A DNA stretch of 63,413 nt, filler included, from Reticulomyxa filosa (lineage: Eukaryota > Protista > Foraminifera), in the NCBI GenBank assembly GCA_000512085.1. It is 15 parts of 15 records of this genome, joined end to end, with 100 filler letters (N's around TTAATTAATTAA, not from the genome) between each part and the next. Parts side by side here need not be neighbours in the genome. Positions count along the whole stretch, not along the records: positions 1 to 18,324 come from ASPP01017285.1; 14 more parts are not named here. One strand, written 5' to 3'. Positions 1-13,600 of the stretch are shown here, one piece after another. Numbering within the stretch: the first letter of the stretch is position 1; each line of letters begins with the position of its first letter. A model generated the notes under the pieces. It was not told where the DNA came from. It did no database searches and saw only the letters and a program-made list of their open reading frames with translations. The translations under genes were made by a program, and so were the position numbers.

Positions 1-3000
1 TTTTTTTATTTTATTTTATCAAATGATTGTATGTTTGTCAATAGGCATGCCCCCATCAACAAAAAATTATGTTTACCCTCCCTCCCCGTTATAAAAGAAA
101 AAAATAGATGATTGGAATTGGAGCTTTTGGCTCCACAGCAAAAGTATGCATTTGTTTGTTTTTTTAAAATAAAAAAATCATTTTAATTTGTGATTGTGTT
201 TATAGTGTTCAACGCAAAAAAAAAGGATTGTAAAGTTTGTTTTTTTTATTTTTTTATTTCTATTTAAGATGATAGGAGAATTTGGGGGAAAAGAAAATGA
301 AGGGAAAAATAGATTGGAAAAAGGGATGGGAAAAGAAAAAAGGGTGGAAAACGTTGTGGGAAAATTTTTTTTAAGGAAGATGAAGAAAAATAAAAAAATG
401 AATAATAAGAATTTGAAAAAAAATGAAAAAAAAATGCTGAAAAATGTAAAAGAAATAAAATAAAAAATGATGGCAATGATAAAAAAAAAAAGATAGTAAT
501 GATAAAAAAAATGAAAAAAAAAAGCAAAAAAAAAGAGCAAAAAAAAGAGTAAAAAAGACAGAAAAAGATAAAAAAAGATTAAAAAAATTAAAGAAATTGT
601 AAAGAAAAAATGGAGACTGTTCCATTGAAAACTTGGAAAATGTGCGTATTGCCACACGCACGAACATCAAACTGATGAATATAAGTGGCCAGAGTCGTGG
701 ATGCAACGAGAGTGTTGGAGAAGTTTGCGAGCCGACGAACAAGAAAGATTTTATCGTTGTGGAAATTCGAGCCAATTTTATGTCGAACCAACAATCGAGG
801 AGCGTAGATCGATCAATATCGAACTTAGCGTGTACGTGCGCGTATTCGCAACTTTGGATTTATTGTCGTGATTGTACCAATGAATGAGCGCGAGTGAAGC
901 ATGACAAATGGAGAAAGAGCAAGAAATAGAAAAAATTGTTGTGTTTTTTTACTCCATAGTTGCAAGGGTCGCGTGAATTGCATTCATCAAACAAGAGTCG
1001 ATTATCTTCGTTGAACAGTATCCGGATCAACTGTGAGCGGACTAGCGACTATTGGATGCGACGCAATACTTTCTATTCGTTGCATTATTCCAGCGTTTGG
1101 AGGACAATGGATCGTCATTGCAAATATATTCGTATCATCAACATGAGCCCGTTCGACAATTTAAAAGAATAATAAGTCGATATCGCGTTGAATGTCTTTG
1201 AAATTATTAAGCAGACCGCCGGCTTGGAGCAATCATCAATTCACAGCAGCGACATAAACAAAGCATTAGTCGCAAAAACAGCTGTACAAAATGGATCTTT
1301 GTGAGAAAAAATTGCGCTACGACGTCGAGTTCAAAGGCCTCTGTCAAGTCTATCAATTGGCCTAATTCAACTATCATTACGCCGAAATCGACGATATGGT
1401 CAGACATAAGTCTAGCACGACGGGTGATGCGTAACATAGCTGTTGTCGGTTATGCCGGAAATTGGACCAGTTGACTTTTCAAGATATGTTCCGGATGATG
1501 AAGACAACTACTCATTTCAAGTTGGAGAAAAAATTTAGTTGGCACCGCAAAATTGGTGTATTCGTTTTAGGAACAAGAGCGCGATAAAACCTTCGTTTCT
1601 AGAAAAACCGATTTTCGCAAGATCAATTCGCTATTGGCATCGAGTTGGATGAGTGGTAGTAGCATCGCAAGAAATTGTTCAAATGCAAAGGCGGATATTT
1701 TGCAAGTCGAACGAATTGGAAGAGAACTTGGGCCAGTATGATGGAGCCACCTCAAGCAGCAAAGCACGTACTCAAAGTTGGTAAAGTAAAAATTGGCTCA
1801 TGGCAAAATTAGGAGAGATTAAGTTCATTGAACTTTTGCAAATGCGAAAAAGTGATCTGTTTGTAGTGGTTCAATTGACACATGGGCTCATGATGGAAAA
1901 GTCAATGATATGGTAGTAGCCGACGACGATGATTGGATCCAAGAAACAAAAATATCAAATTTGGCGACTGTGTTGAATTGGATCGTGATCATAAAGGTGC
2001 TGTGAATAAATTGGCGTAACTGACTTTAGTCGCGGCGAAATTGGAATCGGGTTCGATGATTGGTGGATCAATGATTATGATGGAATAAATATTTCCAAGT
2101 TCAATAAAAAGAAAAAGGCTATCCTTATGTTGTATTGTTATGTTTGTTTGTGTTCTAATACAGTGTACCAAACAGTAGATACTTTGCTCGTCGACGTTCG
2201 GTGGCAAAAATGATAGTGAAAAATGTGAAGGAGGACCCCGTAAGCAAAGAGTTAAATCAACGAAAGAAACGCAAATGTTTTCGAAGTCCGGATATTCAAG
2301 AAATGGAAAAGCACTTAGCCAAAAATAACTCATCGCATAAAAATCAAATTGAAAAGACCAATTCAAAGAAAAGCTGCAACATTTGGAAACAGTCCCTTAT
2401 CCAACTCTGCAAGACTTGTCGTGAAAAAAATAATACGAGAAAGATACTCGGCCGGTGAATAGAAGCGATGACGAAATATCTTTGGATAATATCAAAAAAG
2501 CGATTAATGACAAAGAGCGGAAATGCGACGAAGAAGTAGAAGTGGATGACAGCGCCACCTCTGCAAACACCATTATCAAAAATCCAATCCAAGATTGGAG
2601 ACCACGTGAAGTTTTATCTCGAGGGAAAGCAGGATTACATTGGAAAAATCAGGTGTCATCAAATACATTGATCATCCTCCTTTTGCCGAGGACGAAGTTG
2701 TTGGGATTGAATTGGATGAGTAGTGCGCGAACACTCACGATGGCAGCACCAACGGCAAGATCATACTTGGACGCAGTATCTTTGCAAGACGAAACGAAAT
2801 CGAAAAGTTTAATCCAGAGCAAAAGAAACTAGAAGAAAGATCCAATTGAAAATTACAACAAGTACCGCTACTTTCATGTCTTTTTGTCTTTTTTTATTGT
2901 ACGATATTTGTTTGAAGTCAAAAGATATATATCAAATGAGAGTGACTTGGTCCGAATGTAAAATGTAGTGTCCCAAAGAATAGATACTTTCGCCAATTAC

Positions 3001-3870
3001 CACGATCCAATCGATTCCGGAAGTGGAAACCAGATCAACAGACGACAGCGATGACGAAAGGGAAGAAAGCAAATATGACCAGTGCAGACCGACACTGGAA
3101 AAAAAAATGAGTTAATTTGACTATTTTTTTTTTTAAACGATATACAATACTGAACTTTGAAATTGGAAAAATAGACAATACAACACATTAGAAAAAGATA
3201 CAAAGGGAGGAAGTATACAACATTGAGTTAGAAAAAAATACATAAATGTACATATTTGCAGTACATACTTCACATGCAAGGTTTGTTATCAACTGCCATT
3301 GAGATAGAATGGAGAGGAGGACAAATGAACAAAAATAAAAATTCAATATTTATGCTATCTTTTTTTTTTTTTTTTTGAAAAGACATTGGACGGAAGAAAT
3401 GGACGAATAAGCTTCTTAACTTGGTTGAGATCGTAAAATTGGCCAATGTCATGGTGATTACGATCCGTTTCATCAGTATCACGCATTTCGCAACAGAATA
3501 GCAGACAGTCTTGAAGAACGGGACAAGCATGATGGCACGTACAAATGAATATGTTACTCTACATGTCCCCCAAAGCGATGACTATTTGTGAAAGCAGTAA
3601 AGCGTCGCCGTAATGATGACCCGAGTCGCCAATATTTGAGACAACAATGTCCAGAGTGTGAAACCCCCCCCTAGAGCTTACAAAGGTGTCTGCATGGTGT
3701 GAGATCGCTTCTATCATCGTGGGGAGCAAATTCGCCAAGCAAGATTGGTTTTTCCAATGCTCGAAATGTGAGCAAGTCGATTTGTGTTTGGATTGCATGT
3801 TGAAGCTTCACCTGACGATGCCGAGAAGAATGACGTGAGTTTTGAATTGTGAATCGTGTGGAATATTGGG
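1..3870. repeat. Diverged inverted duplicate of ~10620-15290 (gene, introns and upstream region)
   Basis: 1-170 matches the reverse complement of ~15120-15290 (ATAGGCATGCCCC..CCCTCCCC..GATTGGAA.TGGAG..CTCC..AAAAGTATG). 2090-2600 matches ~12500-13250 and 2860-3400 matches ~11400-11890. Confidence 0.9.
610..3840 (+). pseudogene. Multi-CAP-Gly domain protein pseudogene (copy A) with C-terminal ZZ-like zinc finger
   Basis: Manual translation across frameshifts: IKFGDCVELDRDHKGAV..GVTDFSRGEIGIGFD (~1950-2080), GVIKYIDHPPFAEDEVVGIELDE*CANTHDGS (~2650-2750), IRFISITHFA..DKHDGTYK*ICYSTCPPKR*LFVK (~3460-3595, GKNDG-like motif), then FQCSKCEQVDLCLDC (~3750-3797). Many stops and indels; introns retained. 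Confidence 0.85.
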
Positions 3871-4052
3871 CGCACTCCAAAATCAAGTTGAGCCATGGCA
3901 CGCGAGAAAACAAGAAAGAAAAACAACAACGAATACGTCCAATAACGAAGAAGAAAATAAAAATAGTACCAGGAGGAGGAGGAGGATGAAAGAAAGATGA
4001 TTCCGCGTTTGATTTGTTTTTTTTTAAAAAAAAAAACGACCGTTTGTCGACT

Positions 4053-5400
4053 TTACTTTGGTATGGAATGATTCTTCACACCAGCGAATGGCGACTTTGC
4101 GCTTGACATTGTCACACATGTCAAGTAGCTTCCATTGGAGGGCGCACTTTGTGAAGATAGCCCATGTCTAAGGATGCGCAGTGTCAATGATATAACGATG
4201 ACGATAACAAAAACGCAGTACATGTTCTCTTTTACGCATTTGTCAATTATTTCAAGACATTTGTGCACCAATATTTGGTTGCCGCTGCTGTCTTACAGAG
4301 ACTTTTGATTTGGTGCGTGGAAGAGCTACAAAAAGCAGCAATGTCGTGCCAGTCGATAATTGGATCGACAATTCAAAGTCGCTTCGTTATTGGCAATATG
4401 TTAGTGGCGTTGGGGGCCCTGCTGGGTGGATACGTGAACGATATTTTATGTCAGCAGTCGAGCCCCCTCCACTATCAAAGGCGTCGTCACTATTGTTACT
4501 AATTGTTCGGTTACCAAAAAAACGCATCACTCGGATTCGAAAAGTAGAAGGACCTGCTATTGACAAGACCGCCACTTAAAAATGGTAGCTCTAGGGGACG
4601 AACTTTTCAATGATACCAACTTCCTCCAAGTCTACTCAATCGTGCAAAATGACGGAATACTTGATGGAAGAATTATCATTGAAATCAAAGCGCACATTCG
4701 AACACAAGAACCCAAGGAATTGCTTTATTCTGTTGACCGTTTGTGCTTGGGTCCATTGCTTGAAAAAGTTTTTTTTTGTGTACATATTCAACATAACATC
4801 TTATACGTATATTGATTATTTATTTGTATGTGTGTGGTATGCGTTGCTTGATATTTTTGAATAGATATTTAAAGGTGTACAAATGGAAATGGACGTACAC
4901 TACATGAAGTTTAGATTGCAGATGGACAAGTTGTTGCTGTTACATTGCTATTGGTGCAGCGTAAGTCCCCAGCAATGATGGCAATCGTGATAGCAACGGC
5001 GTGCATTAAGTATGGATCATGGCATTGCGCTTTGAATGGCGTATAATTTGAATGTCCACATAATGTAATGTGATGTATGATGGGTTGAAAGAAAATTGAA
5101 CAATTTGAAAATAGTAAGTTGTTTATTATTATATGAGCAACCTATGTTCCAAGTTATAATATTTTTTTAATGTGATTGGAAATAATTGAAATATGTTTGA
5201 TCGATATACACGTACATGACATAGACCTCAAGAATACAATACCTGTCTATCAACAATTGGAAGTGGCTGTGGTGGTTGCTGTGCTAGCAAGCAAATGGGA
5301 AGCGAAGTTCAAACAACGTCAAGTTTGTGGCATACATTGCAAGTATTTTACACTTTGCCAAGTTTTTTGTATGCGAATTATGTTTTCTTTTGATATTTTT
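4053..5400 (-). pseudogene. Fibronectin type III-containing surface protein pseudogene
   Basis: IIEKFVP*SYHF*VAVLSIAGPSTF(S)NPS (~4530-4615) fits the FN3 C-terminal signature, followed by HPAGPPTP and a hydrophobic stretch near 4190-4225. A homologous copy lies at 62820-63390. Confidence 0.55.
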
Positions 5401-6989
5401 TTGGAATGATAATTTCACGTTCCCATCTCCAGTATATGATATCTTTCTCATCAACTTAGATTTCTCGCAAAAATTTCTCATTTTTTATTTTAAATCTAAA
5501 AGAAAGTCGAAAATGTCCAGATATATTCAATTTGGTTTTCACTGGTGTCCCAAAAGAGTCACGCTTAAGCGTCGACTGTGCGAAATATAGATTGATTCTT
5601 TCCACTATTCCTGCAAAAAAGACTTCGAGTACTATCCTCTTGCCGTCATGTGGGAGTAGGTGACAAGAGGGATACGTATAACAGAAATGAACAAAAGACG
5701 ACAAAGAAAAATAAAATGAGGAAGAAGTATAGACTGAATCCAATTAAACCAATGAGAACACACATGGTAGTAATATTGGTGATTGGAAGTTGGGAAGATG
5801 TAAAGTTCTTTGGCCATAAAAATGAACAAAGGACTCTGAAACTCAAAAAAAGAAGAAGAAAAAGAGGAGATGAAGAAGATGAATAGTAAAACAAGACTAA
5901 AAAAAAAAGATACGAATGAAAATGAAGAAGAGGCCAACAATGATGACAATGATAGTCATAATGATCGAAACATTTAAATTATTGTATATTATGTTTTATG
6001 TGTGGATTTCTCGTGACTGCAAGGCAATAACAAGAATGATAATTAAAGAAGGAATGTATGCGATAAAAAGATATTTTGAAGGAGATGCCAGAATACTCTA
6101 TTTTAAGTCCTTATGATTGAAAAATAAGGAACAAAGAATCAAAGGCATGACGAAACTGGTAATGGCATTAATCTGTCGCATTCAAATGTGAGCATCAAAC
6201 TGTATTCAATTACAGTAATTTGCAGGAAAAAATAGCACAACACAACAATTGAAATCAGTCTGTTTCTTGCACATATACACACTTTCACGATACTCACAAA
6301 CAAAGTGAATGCTTAATATATTGTTATTGCATTGTTAAACTCTTTTATTATTATAAAAAAGCGAAACATATGAAGAAAACATTTTCTAAGCAATAATTTC
6401 GACAAACTGTTACAAAACATAATAGAATTTTGTATTAGTTGGAACAATCTTTTTTATTCGGACTGGGTCATGGAAAAAAAAGTGACAATTATTTTTCTAA
6501 ACCTTGAGGTTACAATTGATAGCAAATTTTAATTGATCTGCATAAAGAAAGCCGATGTGTCAACAAATTATGGCCAATTTGTTGTCACAAAAGTACGAAC
6601 AGAGGACTAAACGCAAAAATATGAAGGAAAAGTTTGATCTGCTTAAAATTCGGTTGTTAAAATTTCATACCAATAACTGGAATCTTAAACCAGATCCTTA
6701 AGTTCTCTTTTTTTTTTTTTTTGAGGTGTGCGTATGGGTATGTATTTTGATAAAGAAGAGTCCTTGAAATAAAATACCAAGCGTTTACTTTCATTGGTTA
6801 ATTCCAATGGGAGATTAAACATAACAATAATGACAACGATAAAAAAAACAAAACAAGCAAAAGAAATGAAAAACTCAATGAAAAAAGATGATCCAAACAC
6901 GCGCACCGAGGATTGTTTGTCTTGTCGATTATGGGCTGACAAGGATAGCGTGGCTATTACATAACAATAACAAAATTATAAAAATAAGA

Positions 6990-8992
6990 AGAAGAAGAGT
7001 GTCAACATTAATTTTATTGTTTTGTATTTGTAATTTGTTTGAACCAACATGATGGCATTGGTAACAACGATTGCACTTGATCTGACCAACGTCAATGCCA
7101 CAAACTATTCGAAGCAATACGATGTATTCGTCATAGATGCGCACAATGTGTTCAGCGGCCATCCATTGGTCCTTATCTTCGTAAATGTGGTCTCCGTAAT
7201 ACGTATTGCCATTCGAATGCATGCGGGCCTTCCAGCGTGCTGGTGGTTGTCTCGACGTGCAAGTGGCAGTTGCTGTCGTAGTCGTTGTTGTGAATGCTGT
7301 GGCCGTGAAAAAGAAGAAGAAGAAGATGATGATGAATTCGATTTGGCCTCCATTTTGGCAGCAGAACACTGTTTTGCGGTGGTTGTAGTGATCCTTCGAC
7401 TGTTGTTGATAGGTGCATTCGAAAAGATTACACTCAATGTCATTGTCGAAATCGATTCGGGCATTGTAGTAAGAAAACAGCAGTTCTTTATCACTGGCTA
7501 TGGCGACACCCTGCTTTTAAACATACACACATTTGTATTATTTATAACATGTTTACATATACACATATACACGTACATGTATGTGCTATGCATGTATATA
7601 GTTGTATGTTTTGTATTTATCATCTCTTATTTGATTATTGCTACAGTCTATTAAAAAAAAATAATAAATAAATGGAATTTGTATTTAGCAAGACAAAACG
7701 TGATAGTTGTGATAATGTCTTTTCAAACTCATTTTCCCACGATATACGTACCCTGCTTTGGCAGAACGCACTGACGCTGGGATGTCTTTGCTTTGCGTGC
7801 AAACGCGACACACCCCCAGCGGTATAACCCATGTGCTCCACCACGATGTTGTGGCTTTCAAATTTGTACACGCTTTGGTTGGTGTAATAGCAATCCTTCA
7901 CTTTGCACACAAACTTTTTTTATGTTTTCGTTTCTTACTGCTGCAAGTCGCGGGTCCATTATGTTGTGTACAGTTTCTTTTTTTTTTTTTTTTACATACA
8001 TATCACACAGACACTTTAGAATTTTTTTTTTTTTTTTAAAAAAAAAGGGGGTGTCAAAGGAAAGGGGTTTCGAAAAAAAAAAAAAACTTAGTTTTTCCGG
8101 CTCCTGGTGACTTGGAAAGAAAATCGCAATCAAACAAAAAAGGATCTTTTTGGGAGGGGCAAATGTGGTGAAGGGATTGTGGATTGAACGAGTTGTTGAT
8201 ATGATCGCTTTCGAGACAAGTGTTGATCGAACAAGGACTTGCGTTTGTGCTTAATAGGTGGACAAGGCTGTTCCATCGAGTCACTATCGTACATTTCCAA
8301 TTCGTCCACAATGTGCAATGATAAGCACAAGTAAGTGCTCCATTTGTTTACCCATGCTTTTAACTTCTCTACCTAAACGACAATGTTTATTTGTATTTAC
8401 GTATACATAAATATATATATATATATAAATATATTTATATATATATGTAATTGATTCTACAAACTGATGGCTTGGATGCTTCACCCAACCATTAAATACT
8501 TTTCTAATTCTGGGATTGATACTTGCGTTTCCAAGTGCAGTTGATCGGTTTCTCTTGCCAACTTTCGCACACACACTCACTCAATGGCTTGTAGTTGTCC
8601 GGGAGCTTTAGTAGATGCAAATCTTTTCAAAGTCACATTTTTTGTTGTTTGTTATTATTGTTTGTCCATGTTGACGTCATTTGATTAGTCCATACATATA
8701 AGAAATAAATACATAAATGCACAAATTGAAATTATGTATTTATTTATTCACTTTTTTTTTTTTTTTTTTTTTTAAGGAAAATAAACATACCATTTTGTTG
8801 TTTTATTGTAAATGAATACACGTCCGCGAGATTATCGCCGGTACACAGCACATCCACAGCCCATTTTCGACTGCAGTTCTTAAAGTGACACTGCACCTTA
8901 TTATTCTTCATTTTTCCTACTATTTTTACTACAAACCAATCCCCTTGCACATCCTTCAAATCGTAATACGTGTCCACTTTCACATCTAGCAT
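6990..8992 (-). pseudogene. Degenerate multi-exon gene with Tudor/MBT-like N-terminus, C2H2-like finger and WW domain
   Basis: Exon 1 reads YDLKDVQGDWFVVKIVG..VQCHFKNCSRKW. Further relics are CKVKDCYY..FESHNIVVEH (~7835-7910) and QPPARWKARMHSNGNTYYGDHI..QW (~7160-7250, WW-like). Frameshifts and stops between them. Confidence 0.55.
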
Positions 8993-9559
8993 TGTTTAAG
9001 TCAGCGTTCAAAAAAAACCCTTCTTGCGTGCCTTTGTTCCACAAAGCTTCCTAGTACAAAATATCAAAAATTTGAAGATAATTTTCAGCTTAAAGTAAAG
9101 TTTAGTTACTTCCAAAAAGTAACATTGAAAGATCTCACTCAAACATAGCACACTAACTCAACATAAAAGTAAATACTCAATAATACCTTCGATCTTTGGT
9201 AACAAAGCACAAATTGGTACAACATTAAAGTTTGAAAATTATTTATTCAATAATTTATAAAAGAGGTTAACAATTTCTACATAATGTCAAAGTTTGCAGA
9301 TTTAAATGCTTTTGATTTTACTGTAAAAGTTATTTGCATAAAGTTAGTTGCTAATGAGTGACTTTTTTATAGTTATTATGTAGTTTTTATTGAACAGTTA
9401 ATCTTGTTGATGAAAGGTTTTCACAAAATGAAATAAATTTATTAAATTTAAACTTAAGATAGAACGACAAAAAAATAACAAGTATTCAATAAAAATGACT
9501 GATTGAGAAGCACGAACAACAAGAGTCTTTTTTACAGGTCAAAAAGAAAAAAAAGGGCA

Positions 9560-10500
9560 ATCAAACATTTCTCATTTGCACGCTTCTTTTTGCTGTTCAA
9601 GTTTCTCAATTTCTAGGTTTATCGAACTGTTCTTGCAGTTTCACAAACTACTCGTCATGAATTTCCTTTCGTCATTTACTTGCACTATCAATTCTTTTTT
9701 CTGGTTTTCCAGGTGATGATTATGCAAAGCGCTCAATTGCTCAGATTGATAAAGGGCAGTGTCACCAAGTTAGCACAATTTCCATCTCGAAACGTGTTAA
9801 TACTTGTTTCAACTGCTGCAAACTTTGCTGTGTGTTCAAAGCCGAGGTGGATATCGGTTTGTTCTTCGTAATCTTCTTTCATTTTTTTAATTTCGCCTGC
9901 AATTTCTTGTTGCAATTCTTTGTTCTCTTTGTTAAATTTTTCGATTTGTCCATTGCTGTGGCGATCAATCTAGAGCGATTGTCAAACCCTTTCGAAGTTT
10001 TTTTCCGTGACCTTGCATCACTATGGACCCCATCAAGCAATTTTCTTGCTACTTCATCCTTTCATGAGTTGTTGGTTCATTTCTTGCGCTGTGTCAATAA
10101 ATCAGTTATTATTAACGAAAACGCATGTCTTTCTCTTTCACCCAATCTATGCATTTGCAAACATTCTTCCGACATTGTTTGATAGGACACACGTATGAAA
10201 CAGTAAGGTACATCGACAACACGCAATTGCGCATGTAATTTCAATCGGTCAAGCATTGGCTTTGTTATTTCTTGTCACAACGTCTGCAATCGAGATAAAA
10301 ATTTAACAAAGTGGCACGGTGGATCAAACTATTTTCTGCATTGACCGATTCAAAATGACACGCTTACCAAAGGCATCATTCTGATAGTGTCCTTTATTGA
10401 CAACGATCAGTCCATATTTCGATCAAAGTACTCAAACAAGTCTTTACATTTGATAAGAATTCCATTGATTACGACAGTCTTTTTCATATTGTCGCCCCAC
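9560..10500 (-). pseudogene. Degenerate coiled-coil coding relic, family not recognised
   Basis: Coding-like fragments (IEKFNKENKELQQEIAGEIKKMKEDYEEQ) broken by stops. Confidence 0.35.
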
Positions 10501-10639
10501 CACAAAAAAAAAAAAAAATTTTAAACCATTACAATGTAAAGTACTTTCTATCAATACAAAGTAACTTGAATATTTTTATGGCCCTCCACATGGTTCAATC
10601 ATGACTTTGTAACATCAAATGAACATTCGTCCCGATATC

Positions 10640-13600
10640 TTGGAATTACTCAAACTTGATCAAATGCAAGTCGAATTTTGCTTACATTTCGAGCATTGGA
10701 AAAACCAATCTTCTTTGGTGAATTTGTTCCCCATGATAATAGCTGCTGTCACACACAATACCGGCGCCTTTATAAGCTCCAGGATGATTTCGCAAATCGC
10801 CTTCACATTTTGGATGCTATTATTTCAAATATTGGCAACTCGGATCATCATTGCGGCGACGCTTTACTTTTTCAAGTAATCATCTTTGGTGGACGTATTC
10901 CTTTGTGCGCACCATCGCGCTTGCTCAATCCATAATGTAACTTCACACATATCTGCTCGTCTGTGCGAAATGAGTGGTTCCAATGAACGGATCGTAGCCA
11001 CCATGCCATTGATCAGTTCCACAATCTCATCCAGCTCAAGAGGCTAATCGTCGTTTTCTTCGATCCATTTTGAGACTTGTTCGAGTTGCATTATTGTCTT
11101 GGTTGAACATGGGCATCAAATTGGCTGTAATGCTGAAGCTTGAGCGAGTTATGATATGTACGTGCTGAAACGCCTTGTTCGCCCCACACTGGCATTTATT
11201 GCCTCTCCGGTCCACATGCCGAGCTCAATGCTATAGTTTATCATTCGTCAATATTTACAATTTATTTTGTGTCCATGACATCCAAGGCTCAATTCACTCA
11301 GCTTCTCGATGCATTTTGGGGCATCGTTTTCGTCGATTGCCATTTTGATCATACATTTTCGCACAAATATGCCGCCAGGTCTTTTTTTTTTTAAAAAAAA
11401 AAGACCATAATTATTGAATTTTTGTTTTGTCCATTTGTCTTCCTTCGCCTTCTATCTCTTTGGTAATTAACAAACAATCACAAACATGAAGGTGAAGTAT
11501 CTCTATTTGATCTTACTGCCCACCAGTATACGTCCTCTCATTTCGTGTCTTTCCAATGTGTCGTATCCAAATTTCAAAGTTCATTATTGCATCTCGCTTG
11601 AAAAAAAAATAGTCAGATTAACTACTCTTTTTTTCTATATCAATTTTCATTCGCTGTCCAATATTGTGTTTGCTTTCTCTTTTTGCCGTCGCTGTATTTG
11701 TTGCTCTGGTTTCCACTTCCGAAATCGATTGAATCGCGACAATTGACCTTCGTTTGACGAATTATCTATTCTTTTTGGAACTGCATTTTAAATTCAAATC
11801 AACTCGCTTTCAATTGGTATACGTATTTTGGCTTCAAACAAGTATAGCACAACAAAAACAAAAAAACAATCTGAAAGTGGCGGTATTTGTTGTACATACT
11901 ATCATGAGCAACAGGAATTCATACATCTATAAAGAAAACACGACATAGCACTACATATCAAAAAAATTATTTATGAAAAAACAAACCTAATTCAATTCAA
12001 TGCTTTCTTGGTCAATAGGTGATCCGAGCAAATATATTTAACAACTCTGGAACAATTCTTGGTCGAATTGACTTTGTCTCCAATTTTCAATTGCCAGGTA
12101 ACGTGTCAAAGATAATATCGCTGTTGGCGCTGCCATCGTAAGCATTCGCGGACCAATCATTCAATTCAATGTCAACAACTTTGTCCTCGGCAAATGAAGA
12201 TAGCCAATGTATTTGATGATACATGTTATCCATCCAGTGCCGAAAACTAGGCGATCGTTGGGTTTGAACGATTTCAATTGAAAGGTCGCGTTGGAGATTT
12301 TCAGGTCCAATTGCATCACCAAAGGGATCACTACTTGATAAATGGAGTCTCTTCGCGTGAAATGGCCACGACGTGTGTTGGCTTTAAAGTATTTCTTTCT
12401 TCGAGCTTTGCCATTGTGTCGGCAAGTATTTCATGTATCCAAATCCAAACTGATAATCTCCATTTTCGCGAAATCTGTCTCTCCAATGTATTTCACGCAG
12501 TCTCCAATCTTGAATTGGATTTTCAGTAACTGCATTTGCGAGGTGGTGATGTCTAGTCTTCATTAGCGGGGTCTTTGTCATTGTTGCCGCCAATTTTTTT
12601 TCAACATCAAGACAAATTCCAACGCACAGTTTCAGCAGTGTGTCAGGATACCAACTTATCCAATTCGATTTCAATAAGTTTTTCATTGGAAAATTTCACA
12701 TCGCCAAGACAACGCACGACTTCCCAAGATTCGAACCAAATCCTCAACAATATTTTTTGCACGTCCATGTTCGGTTTTGTCGTCTTCGTCCGCATCTTCA
12801 TTTACTTTTACTTTTCATCGCTTTTTCGATATTCCCTTTTTTTGATATTGTCGTCCAAAGATATTTCATCGCTTTCGATAACTGGCCGATGTCTTCTTCG
12901 TATTGCCTTTCAAGTCTTGCCGAATTGGATGAGTGGACGTTTCCAAATGGGTACAGCTCTTTGAATTGATCTTTCGTCCAATCTTTTCGATTTGATTTTC
13001 TTTGTTGGCCAAACACTTTTTCATACTTTTCAATGTCTTGTAAATATTTTTTGAAGTCGGGATATTCGCTGTTTTCGTCGGCTTGTCTCTTTGCTCACAG
13101 GGTCCTCCTTTACCTTTCACTATTCTATTATCTTGGCCATTGAACGTCGACTAGCAAAGCATCCACGGTTTTTCGCACACTGGTTGAACTACCACAACTA
13201 TGAATAACACAATGTAAGTATAACCTTTTTTTTTTTTTTGTGATGAACTTAGAAATTTCCCACTATCTTGGCTTCCATTATGACAGTTGATCCACCAAGC
13301 ATCGAGTTCGATTTAAACCCTGCAACTAGGGTCGACTCATTTCACAACACCTTTACGACCCGATCCAATATCCAACACGATCGCCGACTTGATGTTTTTT
13401 TTTTTGAACCGATCTTACCATCATCATCATCGGCTACTCCCATGCCTTTGGATGCGTTCGCACTCTGCAATGTCGGACACATATTTTCCGTGATATTGCA
13501 CTTCGCACAGAAATAGCCTCTTGAGCAACGACAGTCAAAGTACCTCTTCACATCCACGCTGCAGTTGTTCCCATTAATGACCATTTATTCAACTCGATGC

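Noticed and set aside
178-657. Phe-rich membrane-protein-like ORFs (also 14665-15045 and antisense of KE-rich exons)
   Set aside because: Artefacts of purine/pyrimidine-skewed low-complexity DNA.
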